64,000 nucleotides of DNA from Bacteroidota bacterium (GTDB lineage Bacteria > Bacteroidota > Rhodothermia > Balneolales > HLUCCA01). Numbering within the stretch: the first letter of the stretch is position 1; every line of letters begins with the position of its first letter. Location: positions 464,264 through 528,263 of the forward strand of contig JAFIEZ010000003.1 in NCBI GenBank assembly GCA_020832235.1. Reading direction: 5' to 3'. Positions 28,380-37,501 of this stretch are shown here, piece by piece. Made by a program: the position numbers and the translations under genes. The notes beneath the pieces were generated by a model. The model searched no databases, was not told the DNA's origin, and was given only the letters and a program-made list of their open reading frames with translations.

Positions 28380-30329
28380 ATGTCTTCAGGTACCATCATC
28401 CTGACATTTCCCGACGGTTCAAATCGTGAGTTTGATCACGGAGTTACAGGTTTCGATGTAGCACAATCGATATCTCCACGCCTGGCAAGGGAAGCCTTGT
28501 CGGTCACTATAGATGGCACCATTCAGGATATGGACCTTCCAATTACTGATAATGCACACATTACGATAAATACGTGGGATAGTGAGGATGGTCAGCAAAC
28601 TTTTTGGCATAGTTCGGCGCATTTACTTGCAGAGGCTACTCAGGAGCTATTCCCTGAAGTAAAGTTTGGAATTGGTCCGCCTATAAGCAACGGCTTTTAC
28701 TACGATATGGACTTTGGAGACCATAAGGTAACCGAGGCAGATCTACAGAAGATTGAAGCTAAGATGTTGGAGCTTGCCAGATTGAAGTCAACGTTCGAGC
28801 GTGTGGAAATCAGCAAGGATGACGCTATAAAATACTTCCGAGAGAAAGGAGATCCATATAAAATTGATCTTCTGGATGGTCTTGAGGACGGTACCATTAC
28901 TCTTTATAAACAGGGGGGCTTTACGGACTTGTGTCGTGGGCCGCACATCCCGTCTACGGAGTCAATAAAAGCCATTAAGCTGCTGCATATTGCAGGTGCA
29001 TATTGGCGCGGAGACGTCAAAAGCAAGCAGTTGACCCGAGTGTACGGCGTCACCTTCCCAAAGAAATCAATGCTAGACGAGTATTTGGTTCAGCTTGAAG
29101 AAGCCAAAAAACGCGATCATAAAAAACTCGGCCGAGAGTTGGGGATATACCTGATTGACTCAATGGTAGGTCGCGGACTTCCATTATGGCTGCCCAATGG
29201 CACACTTATTCGCAGGACTCTTGAGGCATTTTTGCGAGACGAACAGGTAAAACGTGGATACAAAGAAGTAATTACACCTCATATTGGCAATCTAGAGCTT
29301 TACAAAACATCCGGGCACTACCCTTATTACGCGGAATCTCAATTCGACCCTATTCAGGTAGAGGATGAGCACTACATGCTCAAGCCAATGAACTGTCCTC
29401 ACCATCACCGAATATATTCCTCATCTTTGAGGAGTTACCGGGATTTACCACTTAGACTGGCTGAGTTTGGCACCGTATACCGGTACGAACAATCGGGTGA
29501 ATTAAACGGACTATCAAGGGTTCGTGGTTTCACGCAAGATGACGCACATATTTACTGTACGCACGAGCAGCTTAAAGACGAAATAAAAAACTGCGTTGAT
29601 CTTACCAGGTATGTATTCAATACTTTTGACATGCAGGTTGATATCCGATTGTCGTTCAGAGATGATAAAAAAGAAAAATATGGCGGAGATACGGCATTTT
29701 GGGACCGTGCTCAATCTGAAATTAAAGATGTTGCTGATGATTTGGATCTTAATTATACCATAGCACCTGGTGAAGCAAGCTTTTATGGGCCAAAAATTGA
29801 TTTTATTATAAAAGATGCTCTGGGCCGAAAGTGGCAGGTAGGAACTATACAGGTGGACTATGTAATGCCGGAGCGGTTTGATTTGACATACGTAGGATCA
29901 GACAATCAGAAACACCGCCCCGTGATTATTCATAGAGCCCCTTTTGGTTCGATGGAACGTTTTACTTCAATACTAATTGAGCATTTTGCAGGTGACTTCC
30001 CTTTATGGTTGACACCTTTGCAAATGATGATTATACCGGTGTCTGATCAGTTTGCATCTACGGCCGCATCCTACGAAGAAGAGCTTAAGAAAAAGGGTTT
30101 CCGCGTAGAAACAGATAGCAGAAATGACAAAATAGGTGCAAAAATTCGTGATGCAGAGAACAGAAAAATCCCGTATATGCTTATTATTGGCGAAAGAGAA
30201 CAAAATGATGGTACGGTTTCTGTTCGAAGACATCGAATTGGAGATATCGGAAGTTTGAAATTTTCAGATTTTATAGCTAAAGTTTCAGCTGAAGTAGAAA
30301 ACAGGGAAAACCCGCCAAAACAGAAATAA
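28380..30329 (+). CDS. thrS: threonine--tRNA ligase
   Basis: The start is set at MSSGTIILTFPDG (TGS domain), because the track start at 28278 runs through the tRNA. Class II motifs and HRAPFGSMERF are present. Confidence 0.93.
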   Translation: MSSGTIILTFPDGSNREFDHGVTGFDVAQSISPRLAREALSVTIDGTIQDMDLPITDNAHITINTWDSEDGQQTFWHSSAHLLAEATQELFPEVKFGIGPPISNGFYYDMDFGDHKVTEADLQKIEAKMLELARLKSTFERVEISKDDAIKYFREKGDPYKIDLLDGLEDGTITLYKQGGFTDLCRGPHIPSTESIKAIKLLHIAGAYWRGDVKSKQLTRVYGVTFPKKSMLDEYLVQLEEAKKRDHKKLGRELGIYLIDSMVGRGLPLWLPNGTLIRRTLEAFLRDEQVKRGYKEVITPHIGNLELYKTSGHYPYYAESQFDPIQVEDEHYMLKPMNCPHHHRIYSSSLRSYRDLPLRLAEFGTVYRYEQSGELNGLSRVRGFTQDDAHIYCTHEQLKDEIKNCVDLTRYVFNTFDMQVDIRLSFRDDKKEKYGGDTAFWDRAQSEIKDVADDLDLNYTIAPGEASFYGPKIDFIIKDALGRKWQVGTIQVDYVMPERFDLTYVGSDNQKHRPVIIHRAPFGSMERFTSILIEHFAGDFPLWLTPLQMMIIPVSDQFASTAASYEEELKKKGFRVETDSRNDKIGAKIRDAENRKIPYMLIIGEREQNDGTVSVRRHRIGDIGSLKFSDFIAKVSAEVENRENPPKQK

Positions 30330-30339
30330 ACAGGAGAAA

Positions 30340-30879
30340 ATAGCTATCGGAAAGCGATACAAAGTATATAAGGAAGAAACTCGTGAGCGTCTGAATGCAG
30401 AAATTAAGGCGTTGAAAGTACGAGTAATCAAACCAGATGGTAATCATGCGATGCTTTCATCTGCTGAAGCCCTCAAAATGGCTGAGCAAATGGAACTGGA
30501 TCTTGTTGAAGTCGCGCCCAACGCAGATCCGCCAGTATGTCGCATTATGGATTATGGCAAGTTTCAGTTCGAAAAAAAGAAGAAAGAAAAAGAAGCCAGA
30601 AAAAAACAACATACTGTTACGCTCAAAGAGCTTCGCTTTCGTCCTCATACTGATGACCATGATTATGACTTCAAGCTTAAGCATGCCAAGAAATTCCTTG
30701 AGGATGGAGCCAAAGTAAAGGCAACGGTTCAATTCAGAGGCAGGGATATTATTTACAGTAAAAATGGGGAAGATTTACTCGCACGTTTTGCTGAAGATTT
30801 AACTGATTTGGGTAAAGTTGAACAAAAAGCAACTTTAGAAGGCAAACGGATGTCGCTCATCGTTGCTCCAAACAAGTAA
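30340..30879 (+). CDS. infC: translation initiation factor IF-3 (non-canonical start, ATA 30340 or ATC 30346)
   Basis: The conserved N-terminal RLNAEIKALKVRVI lies upstream of the first TTG (30412). There is no ATG, GTG or TTG in frame between the thrS stop and 30412. AGGAG is at 30332-30336. Confidence 0.8.
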   Translation: MAIGKRYKVYKEETRERLNAEIKALKVRVIKPDGNHAMLSSAEALKMAEQMELDLVEVAPNADPPVCRIMDYGKFQFEKKKKEKEARKKQHTVTLKELRFRPHTDDHDYDFKLKHAKKFLEDGAKVKATVQFRGRDIIYSKNGEDLLARFAEDLTDLGKVEQKATLEGKRMSLIVAPNK

Positions 30880-30907
30880 ACACCTCATCCCTCGTAACAT
30901 TTCCCTC

Positions 30908-30954
30908 AAAGACACTGTATTGCACACGATAATGTGTTGTAATGCAGTGTCTTT
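30908..30954 (+). promoter_or_regulatory. 47-nt near-perfect hairpin between infC and rpmI
   Basis: AAAGACACTG (30908-30917) pairs with CAGTGTCTTT (30945-30954). The stem continues inward to about 20 bp and is followed by a T-rich tract. Confidence 0.7.
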
Positions 30955-31002
30955 ATGTTTATATTGCGAGTCTATCCAAAATTCAAAAAATGAAGCAGGA
31001 TT

Positions 31003-31200
31003 ATGCCAAAATTCAAAAGTAACAGTGGAGCAAAGAAGCGCTTTAAGCTTACCGGAAGCGGTAGAGTAAAGCGTAAAAAAGCTTTTACTTCACACATTCT
31101 AACCAAGAAATCGCAGAAGCGTAAACGCAATCTGCGAAAATCTACGTTGGTGCATCCATCGGAAGAAAAGAACATTAAAGTTCTTATTCCGTATTTGTAA
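31003..31200 (+). CDS. rpmI: 50S ribosomal protein L35
   Basis: 65 aa, [20 protein letters not shown]. Confidence 0.95.
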   Translation: MPKFKSNSGAKKRFKLTGSGRVKRKKAFTSHILTKKSQKRKRNLRKSTLVHPSEEKNIKVLIPYL

Positions 31201-31244
31201 ACAACCGGATTTAATTAACATTAACTAAATAATTATTACGCAAA

Positions 31245-31595
31245 ATGCCACGTTCTACAAATCATGTGGCTTCCCGTCGCCGTCGGAAAAAGATTTTAAA
31301 TCTTGCGAAAGGTTACTGGGGCGCTCGTAGTAAAGTTTATACTGTTGCGAAAAACACGGTCGAAAAAGGTCTTCTGTACCAATATCGTGACCGACGTAAT
31401 CGTAAACGTGAATTCAGAAAACTCTGGATCATACGTATAAACGCTGCCGCACGTCTCAATGGAGTATCCTACTCGCAGCTGATGGGGGCCATGAAGTCCA
31501 AAAACATGGAAATCAACCGCAAGGTTCTGGCCGACCTCGCTGTTCGTGAACCGGAAGCTTTTACAGCTATCGTTCAGGCAGCAACCGGCAAATAA
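31245..31595 (+). CDS. rplT: 50S ribosomal protein L20
   Basis: 116 aa, [18 protein letters not shown]...RINAAAR. Confidence 0.95.
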   Translation: MPRSTNHVASRRRRKKILNLAKGYWGARSKVYTVAKNTVEKGLLYQYRDRRNRKREFRKLWIIRINAAARLNGVSYSQLMGAMKSKNMEINRKVLADLAVREPEAFTAIVQAATGK

Positions 31596-31610
31596 TCCAC
31601 TGCAATTTAA

Positions 31611-31648
31611 CCGGCAAGTACTATCATATGTGCTTGCCGGTTTTTTTA
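31611..31648 (+). terminator. rho-independent terminator after rplT
   Basis: CCGGCAAGTAC ... GTGCTTGCCGG stem followed by TTTTTTT (31641-31647). Confidence 0.8.
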
Positions 31649-31665
31649 TTTCTACAGATCACCTT

Positions 31666-32676
31666 ATGAAACTCGATACCGATTCCATACGCAAATCAAT
31701 ACGTGAATTTGAAATTAACAGTGCAGAGTCACTTGAACAATTTCGTCTGAAATATGTCTCGAGAAAGGGTAAGGTTGCCGAATTATTCTCAAAAATGGGA
31801 ACGCTTGCCGCAGAAGAACGAGCCGCTGCAGGTAAAGTACTCAATGAACTTAAAAATGAAGCCCAGTCTCGTTTTGATCAGGCAAAGATTGATCTGGAGT
31901 CTAACTTATCAACTGAACGTGCGGCTTCTGATGACATTACCCTTCAAGCTCCTGCACGTCCGGTTGGATCGCACCATCCCCTTACGCTTACACTGGAAGA
32001 GATAAAAAGGGTTTTTTATCGACTCGGCTTTTCAATTGCTGAAGGTCCAGAAATTGAGGACGACTTTCACAATTTCACTTCGCTCAACTTCCCCCCTGAG
32101 CATCCGGCTCGAGATATGCAAGATACTTTCTACATCCATAAAGATGAGCACCAGATTGATAAAGACTTGCTTCTGCGTACACACACATCTCCAGTTCAGA
32201 TTCGTAAAATGCTTGAACAAAGGCCACCAATACGCTCGATAATGCCTGGACGTGTGTATCGTAATGAATCTGTAACCTATAAATCTTACTTCCTGTTTCA
32301 TCAGGTTGAGGCTCTATATGTTGACAAAAACGTCAATTTTGCCGAGCTAAAGGAAACACTAGTGATGTTGGCAGAAATGGTCTTTAATAGAAAAGTTGAA
32401 TACCGTTTAAGACCTTCGTTTTTCCCATTTACGGAACCCAGTCTTGAAATGGATATATGGTGGGAACAACCTGGCAAACCTGGCAAATGGCTCGAAATAC
32501 TTGGTGCCGGTATGGTACATCCTAATGTACTTAAATCAGTAGATATCGATCCAGAAGTATACTCTGGATTTGCACTGGGTATGGGCGTTGAGCGTATGGC
32601 TTCATTACGCTATGGAATAGATGATATCCGAATATTTTACGATAACGACGTTCGCTTCCTTGAACAGTTTCAGTAA
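31666..32676 (+). CDS. pheS: phenylalanine--tRNA ligase alpha subunit
   Basis: The start is set at MKLDTDSIRK, because the track start at 31546 overlaps rplT and the terminator. FPFTEPS and GMGVERM motifs are present. Confidence 0.93.
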   Translation: MKLDTDSIRKSIREFEINSAESLEQFRLKYVSRKGKVAELFSKMGTLAAEERAAAGKVLNELKNEAQSRFDQAKIDLESNLSTERAASDDITLQAPARPVGSHHPLTLTLEEIKRVFYRLGFSIAEGPEIEDDFHNFTSLNFPPEHPARDMQDTFYIHKDEHQIDKDLLLRTHTSPVQIRKMLEQRPPIRSIMPGRVYRNESVTYKSYFLFHQVEALYVDKNVNFAELKETLVMLAEMVFNRKVEYRLRPSFFPFTEPSLEMDIWWEQPGKPGKWLEILGAGMVHPNVLKSVDIDPEVYSGFALGMGVERMASLRYGIDDIRIFYDNDVRFLEQFQ

Positions 32677-32694
32677 CAACCAAGCCTATTTTTT

Positions 32695-35115
32695 ATGAAA
32701 GTCTCGTATAACTGGTTAAAAGACTATGTGTCATTTGACCAATCTCCTGAGCAAGTCGCAGAAATTTTGACCCTTACAGGATTAGAGGTAGAAGAAATAC
32801 ATAAAGTAGGTTCTGATCTCACCGGCGTAGTCGTGGGTAGGGTTACAGCTTGTGACCAACACCCCAACGCTGACAGGTTGAAGCTGTGTCGCGTAGATGT
32901 GGGAGAAGCGGAGCCTTTACAAATAGTTTGCGGGGCACCTAACGTTGATGTAGACCAAAAAGTGCTGGTTGCAACAATAGGAACGGAACTACCCGTATCG
33001 CTCCCTGATGGTTCGCCATTGGTTATTCGAAAGTCAAAGATACGAGGTGAAGTATCTCTAGGAATGATATGTGCAGAGGATGAACTTGGCCTTGGTGATG
33101 ACCATGCTGGTATAATGGTACTCAATCCGGAAGCGGAAGTCGGTGCTTCGGCTTCAAGTGTTGTTAATACCAATATTGATTTCATTTTCGAAATCGGTCT
33201 TACCCCAAATAGACCCGACGCATCCTGTCATCTCGGTGTTGCCAGAGATTTAGCAGCTGTTCTCAACAAACACCTCAAAAAGCCATTCAAAACATTATCT
33301 AATCCAGATAACGCTGTTACCGATCATCCCGATATATCTATCACCATTGCTGATACAGATAAATGTCATCGTTATGTTGGTATTTTAGTTACCGATGTAA
33401 AAGTAGGACCTTCTCCAGATTGGTTGTCGAGCAGGCTGAAATCAATCGGTCTACGACCAATCAATAATATAGTTGATGCTACCAACTATGTCTTGCATGA
33501 ACTCGGTCAACCGCTACACGCATTTGATTACAACTTGGTGTCTGAGAAAAAAATTGAGGTAAAAGCATTTGATAAAGAACGCTCTTTCATCACATTAGAC
33601 GAAGTTGAACGCAAGGTACCTGCTGGATCGCTCTTTATATGTGATGGGACCAAGCCGGTTGCAATTGCAGGGATAATGGGAGGTTTAAACTCTGAAATTA
33701 ATGACGACACAAAAAACGTCTTAATTGAGAGTGCTTATTTTGAACCTGTGGGTATCCGTAAAACATCTAAGCTTCTAAATCTTCAAACAGATTCTTCGTA
33801 TAGGTTTGAGAGAGGAATAGACCCGAACATTACTTATGCTGCGGCTCATCGTTGTGCGACTATTATCAGAGATATAGCGGGCGGGAAAATTCAAGCCAAA
33901 TATGTGGATGTTCACCCTGTTAAAACAGAGCCACGCAAAGTAACACTACGATTAAAAAGACTAAATAAGTTACTTGGCACCTCCTTTATGATCAACCAGG
34001 CCGTCTCTGTTTTACGTGCACTTGAGTTTGAAGTGAAGAAAAGCAGCAGTGACGAAATGATTTGTACTGTGCCCACATTTCGGCCGGATGTTACCGATGA
34101 AATCGATTTGATTGAAGAAGTTGCACGTATTTACGATTACAATAAAATTCCCAATCCGGATTATATACATATACCTCGGCCAGAAGTACTTCCATTTCGC
34201 GAGCAGTTTCTTACCCGCCTTCGTGAAGTCGCAAGATCTCTGGATTTCAGGGAGATCTACGCAAACTCATTGCTTCATGAAAATACTGCAACTGCGTTTG
34301 CACAAGATACAGACTTGATCAAGACGCTTAATCCTATTTCCAAAGATACCGCAGTATTAAGACCATCACTTATACCAGGTCTTCTGAAGGCTGCAGGGTA
34401 TAACTTTAATAGAGGTGCAAAAAGTGTGCGTTTTTTTGAAATTGGCAACACATTCAAAAAAGGTAATCCAGGAACCTGGCACAATGGAATCATAGAAGAA
34501 ACCTGGATGATGCTTGGTCTTGGTGGTCTGCGTAGGGAGGAATTTTGGTTTCACAAGGAAGAACCTTATACAATATTTGATTTGAGGAGTGCTGTAGAGG
34601 TTCTGTTAGGGTCTATACACCTAAATAAGAATATTGTAACCAAGAAAATTTCCGACCATGAATTAGGGTTGTATTATGAAAATAAATTCATAGGGTCTAT
34701 TGCTGAAGTAGAGAAAAAAACGCGGGACTACTTTGATGTGAGCGCCCCGTTATTTGTTGCTACCCTTTGTGTTTCAGATATGCTCGAACTGGCTAAAAAT
34801 CTTCCTCCAATGGTTTATAAACCTGTTCCTAAATTCCCGGGCATTGATTTCGACCTTGCTTTACAAGTCTCTAGTAATATTGACGCTGGTGACCTTGAAC
34901 AAACAATTCGTTCAGTTGCTGGCTCAAGGTTAACATCAATCTCAACATTTGATGTATTTGAAGGTAAATCACTGGGGAGCGGGCAAAAAAGTATCGCCTT
35001 TCGACTCAAATTTATTGATGAAATGAAAACATTGACTATTAAAGATGTCGATAGTATAATAACTAAGGTTGTCAGAAAACTATCTGATAGCTACGGTGCT
35101 AAATTACGCAGTTAA
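32695..35115 (+). CDS. pheT: phenylalanine--tRNA ligase beta subunit
   Basis: 806 aa. MKVSYNWLKDYV N-terminus, tRNA-binding domain, B3/4, B5 and FDX-ACB domains. Confidence 0.95.
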   Translation: MKVSYNWLKDYVSFDQSPEQVAEILTLTGLEVEEIHKVGSDLTGVVVGRVTACDQHPNADRLKLCRVDVGEAEPLQIVCGAPNVDVDQKVLVATIGTELPVSLPDGSPLVIRKSKIRGEVSLGMICAEDELGLGDDHAGIMVLNPEAEVGASASSVVNTNIDFIFEIGLTPNRPDASCHLGVARDLAAVLNKHLKKPFKTLSNPDNAVTDHPDISITIADTDKCHRYVGILVTDVKVGPSPDWLSSRLKSIGLRPINNIVDATNYVLHELGQPLHAFDYNLVSEKKIEVKAFDKERSFITLDEVERKVPAGSLFICDGTKPVAIAGIMGGLNSEINDDTKNVLIESAYFEPVGIRKTSKLLNLQTDSSYRFERGIDPNITYAAAHRCATIIRDIAGGKIQAKYVDVHPVKTEPRKVTLRLKRLNKLLGTSFMINQAVSVLRALEFEVKKSSSDEMICTVPTFRPDVTDEIDLIEEVARIYDYNKIPNPDYIHIPRPEVLPFREQFLTRLREVARSLDFREIYANSLLHENTATAFAQDTDLIKTLNPISKDTAVLRPSLIPGLLKAAGYNFNRGAKSVRFFEIGNTFKKGNPGTWHNGIIEETWMMLGLGGLRREEFWFHKEEPYTIFDLRSAVEVLLGSIHLNKNIVTKKISDHELGLYYENKFIGSIAEVEKKTRDYFDVSAPLFVATLCVSDMLELAKNLPPMVYKPVPKFPGIDFDLALQVSSNIDAGDLEQTIRSVAGSRLTSISTFDVFEGKSLGSGQKSIAFRLKFIDEMKTLTIKDVDSIITKVVRKLSDSYGAKLRS

Positions 35116-35129
35116 CCCAAGGCTAAATT

Positions 35130-35384
35130 TTGACAGAGCAACAACGGGCATATTATCAAGAAATTCGGGAAACTATAAAACATCTCGAAGATGCCTGTTA
35201 CCAACTGAAAGACCAGGTTAATCGGCTAAAGTACGAAAATCAGTCACTCAAGGATGAATTGAAACAGCTGGAACATCAAAGAGAGCGTATTCCAATGCCA
35301 TTTGATGACAATCATAGAACAGCGCTCAAACACCAGTTATCTGCCCATATTAAACGACTCGATGACATTTTAAAAGGTTCATGA
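35130..35384 (+). CDS. small coiled-coil protein (possibly division-associated)
   Basis: 84 aa, TTG start, heptad-like LKDQVNRLKYENQSLKDELKQLE. Has a 4-nt ATGA overlap with zapA. Confidence 0.5.
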   Translation: MTEQQRAYYQEIRETIKHLEDACYQLKDQVNRLKYENQSLKDELKQLEHQRERIPMPFDDNHRTALKHQLSAHIKRLDDILKGS

Positions 35385-35698
35385 ATTCAATCCGTGTAAA
35401 TATTTTGGGTAAAGCATATCCTCTTCGTGTAGAGCCTGGCGAAGAACAAGCTATGCAGGAAATTGCCGACTACGTAGATGAACGATTTAAATTGTTTAAA
35501 AGAGAGCTTTCGACCCAACCAGAACAGACAATAATGGTATTGGCTTGCCTAAGCATAGCGGAAGAGCTTTTCGCCCAACGAAGGAGTAACAATCAAGCTG
35601 CAGATCATAATACGAGCAGCGTTGAGCATGATCCTCATCTTGACGAAATATCTACCCGATTACAGAAGATTTTGGGTGACATTAATAAAGAAATTTAG
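35381..35698 (+). CDS. zapA: cell division protein ZapA
   Basis: 105 aa. VNILGKAYPLRVEPGEEQAMQEIADYVDERF matches the ZapA pattern. Confidence 0.8.
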   Translation: MNSIRVNILGKAYPLRVEPGEEQAMQEIADYVDERFKLFKRELSTQPEQTIMVLACLSIAEELFAQRRSNNQAADHNTSSVEHDPHLDEISTRLQKILGDINKEI

Positions 35699-35714
35699 CA
35701 TATTACTTGTAATC

Positions 35715-35903
35715 AGTTTACGCTATTGAGGATTCATAGGTTAAGACATTAACTAACATTTATAACCTTGGTTTGCGTTCTTCGATTGGCTATAACATGC
35801 CTCACGCCTCGGCGTCTAGTGGAAGTTAGCCCCAATTGAGTCGCTTACCACATTATTATTGATAGGGTTATAGTTCTTATCCTTACCTCAATAGCGTTTT
35901 TTT
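35715..35903 (+). ncRNA. ssrS: candidate 6S RNA (ssrS-like) downstream of zapA
   Basis: Long-range helices: CGCTATTGAGG (35721-31) with CCTCAATAGCG (35886-96); AGG/TAAGA (35738-46) with TCTTA/CCT (35875-83); TATAACC (35761-67) with GGTTATA (35866-72). There are also inner helices and a TTTTTTT run at 35897-35903. Confidence 0.55.
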
Positions 35904-35925
35904 ATTATCGACCCGAAACTTTTTC

Positions 35926-36735
35926 ATGGCAGATTCCATTCGCGTTCTTTTCATTTCCGATATAGTCGGTACTCCGGGAATACAAATACTGGACACGCTA
36001 TTAGCCTCATTACTACAAAAGCACAAGCCCAATTTTGTTGTAGCCAATGGAGAGAATTCCCACGAGGGAATGGGCATCAATGAAGAAATCGTAAAGCATT
36101 TATATAGTATCGGTGTAAATGTAATCACCGGAGGCAATCACTCTTTCGACAAATGGAAGATATTGCCTTATATGAAATCGGATAAAAATCTTTTGCGTCC
36201 ACTAAATTACCCTAAGGGTGTAAACGGATATGGGTATGGTATCTACGACGTGCCGGGTAAAAACATAAAGATTGCAGTTCTTAATTTACAGGGAAGAACT
36301 TTTTTGCCCTCAATAGATGATCCATTCAGAACGGCAGATTGGGCACTCGATCGAATTAAAGAAGAAACAAGTTTAATTTTCGTTGATTTTCATGCGGAAG
36401 CTACCGCTGAAAAAGTAGCAATGGGCTGGTACCTAGATGGTAAAGCCTCTGTAATGGTAGGCACTCACACGCATATTCCTACAAATGATGCGCGTATTAT
36501 GCCACGTGGTATGGGATATATTACCGACGCCGGTATGACGGGCTCTTTTAATTCCGTCATTGGCATGGATAAAGACACTGCACTACGAAGATTTATGCTC
36601 AGTACGCCTCAAAAATATCAAAGTGCCAACGGAGACAATAGAATTTGCGGTGTAATTGCCGATATCGATATAGAAAAGGCAACCTGTGTCCATATTGAAC
36701 CACTTATCTACCCCTCTTTTCCAACTTCTAAATAA
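35926..36735 (+). CDS. YmdB-like (TIGR00282-type) metallophosphoesterase
   Basis: 269 aa. RVLFISDIVGTPG, ANGENS, GNH, DFHAEATAEK and GTHTH motifs. Confidence 0.85.
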   Translation: MADSIRVLFISDIVGTPGIQILDTLLASLLQKHKPNFVVANGENSHEGMGINEEIVKHLYSIGVNVITGGNHSFDKWKILPYMKSDKNLLRPLNYPKGVNGYGYGIYDVPGKNIKIAVLNLQGRTFLPSIDDPFRTADWALDRIKEETSLIFVDFHAEATAEKVAMGWYLDGKASVMVGTHTHIPTNDARIMPRGMGYITDAGMTGSFNSVIGMDKDTALRRFMLSTPQKYQSANGDNRICGVIADIDIEKATCVHIEPLIYPSFPTSK

Positions 36736-36739
36736 GTGT

Positions 36740-37414
36740 ATGGAATTGATAAAGGCGATAAATATAACCAAGACATATTCAGGTAAAGCTGGGGCAAATG
36801 ACGTTAAGGTATTGAGGGGAGTCGCCATTGAATTTTCGAAAGGTTCCATGAGTGCTATTATCGGATCTAGTGGTTCAGGCAAAAGTACACTACTTCATAT
36901 CCTTGGAGGTTTGGACAAGCCAACTACCGGTCAGATTTACTTTAAAGACCAGGACATATCATCTTATAGCAGTGAAGAAATTAGCCTATTTAGAAATCAA
37001 GAAATTGGTTTTGTTTTTCAATTTCACCATTTGCTACCTGAATTTACTGCTCTCGAAAATGTAATGATGCCGGGTTTAGCACGAAATTTCGAACTAAACT
37101 CCGTAAAAAAACGTGCAACCGAACTTCTTAGCGAATTTGGATTGTCAGATCGCTTATCGCACCGGCCAGGCATGCTCTCCGGCGGTGAACAACAACGCGT
37201 ATCCATGGCAAGGGCTTTGATTAATAGTCCTTCTGTACTTCTTGCCGATGAGCCAACCGGTAATTTAGATGAAGCCAATACGATGCACCTGATGGACTTG
37301 ATAACTGGCTTGAATAAATCGACCGGACTTACTGTCATAATGGTCACGCATGACAGTAACCTTGCAAGAGTATGTGATATACAAATCAGCTTAAAAAATG
37401 GCGTAGTTGCGTAG
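36740..37414 (+). CDS. lolD: ABC transporter ATP-binding protein, LolD/MacB-type
   Basis: The start is set at [11 protein letters not shown]. Walker [10 protein letters not shown], signature LSGGEQQR, Walker [12 protein letters not shown]. Confidence 0.85.
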   Translation: MELIKAINITKTYSGKAGANDVKVLRGVAIEFSKGSMSAIIGSSGSGKSTLLHILGGLDKPTTGQIYFKDQDISSYSSEEISLFRNQEIGFVFQFHHLLPEFTALENVMMPGLARNFELNSVKKRATELLSEFGLSDRLSHRPGMLSGGEQQRVSMARALINSPSVLLADEPTGNLDEANTMHLMDLITGLNKSTGLTVIMVTHDSNLARVCDIQISLKNGVVA

Positions 37415-37501
37415 AACAATCAGTTAGCTTGATAATTGAAAAAGCTTTATTTTTGATGGCTATAGAATATAAACTAACTAACAACCACCACTCAATCTAA
37501 T

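Noticed and set aside
30412-30414. TTG at 30412 as the infC start (ORF track)
   Set aside because: It would remove the conserved IF-3 N-terminal segment that is clearly encoded in frame upstream.
31546-31665. Upstream extension of pheS, and the idea of a pheM-like Phe-leader attenuator
   Set aside because: The extension overlaps the rplT 3' end and the terminator hairpin. The apparent FF is only the translated T-run. No separate Phe-rich small ORF precedes the hairpin, so it is simply the rplT terminator.
32724-33185. Long antisense ORFs inside well-supported genes (for example 32724-33185, 21599-22210, 37024-37419, 12950-13327, 24183-24542, 59314-59655)
   Set aside because: These are shadow ORFs opposite strongly conserved coding frames. 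They have low-complexity or biased composition and no motifs.
36686-36739. Upstream extension of the LolD-like ABC ATPase
   Set aside because: It overlaps the 3' end of the ymdB-like gene. The ATG at 36740 gives the normal distance to Walker A.
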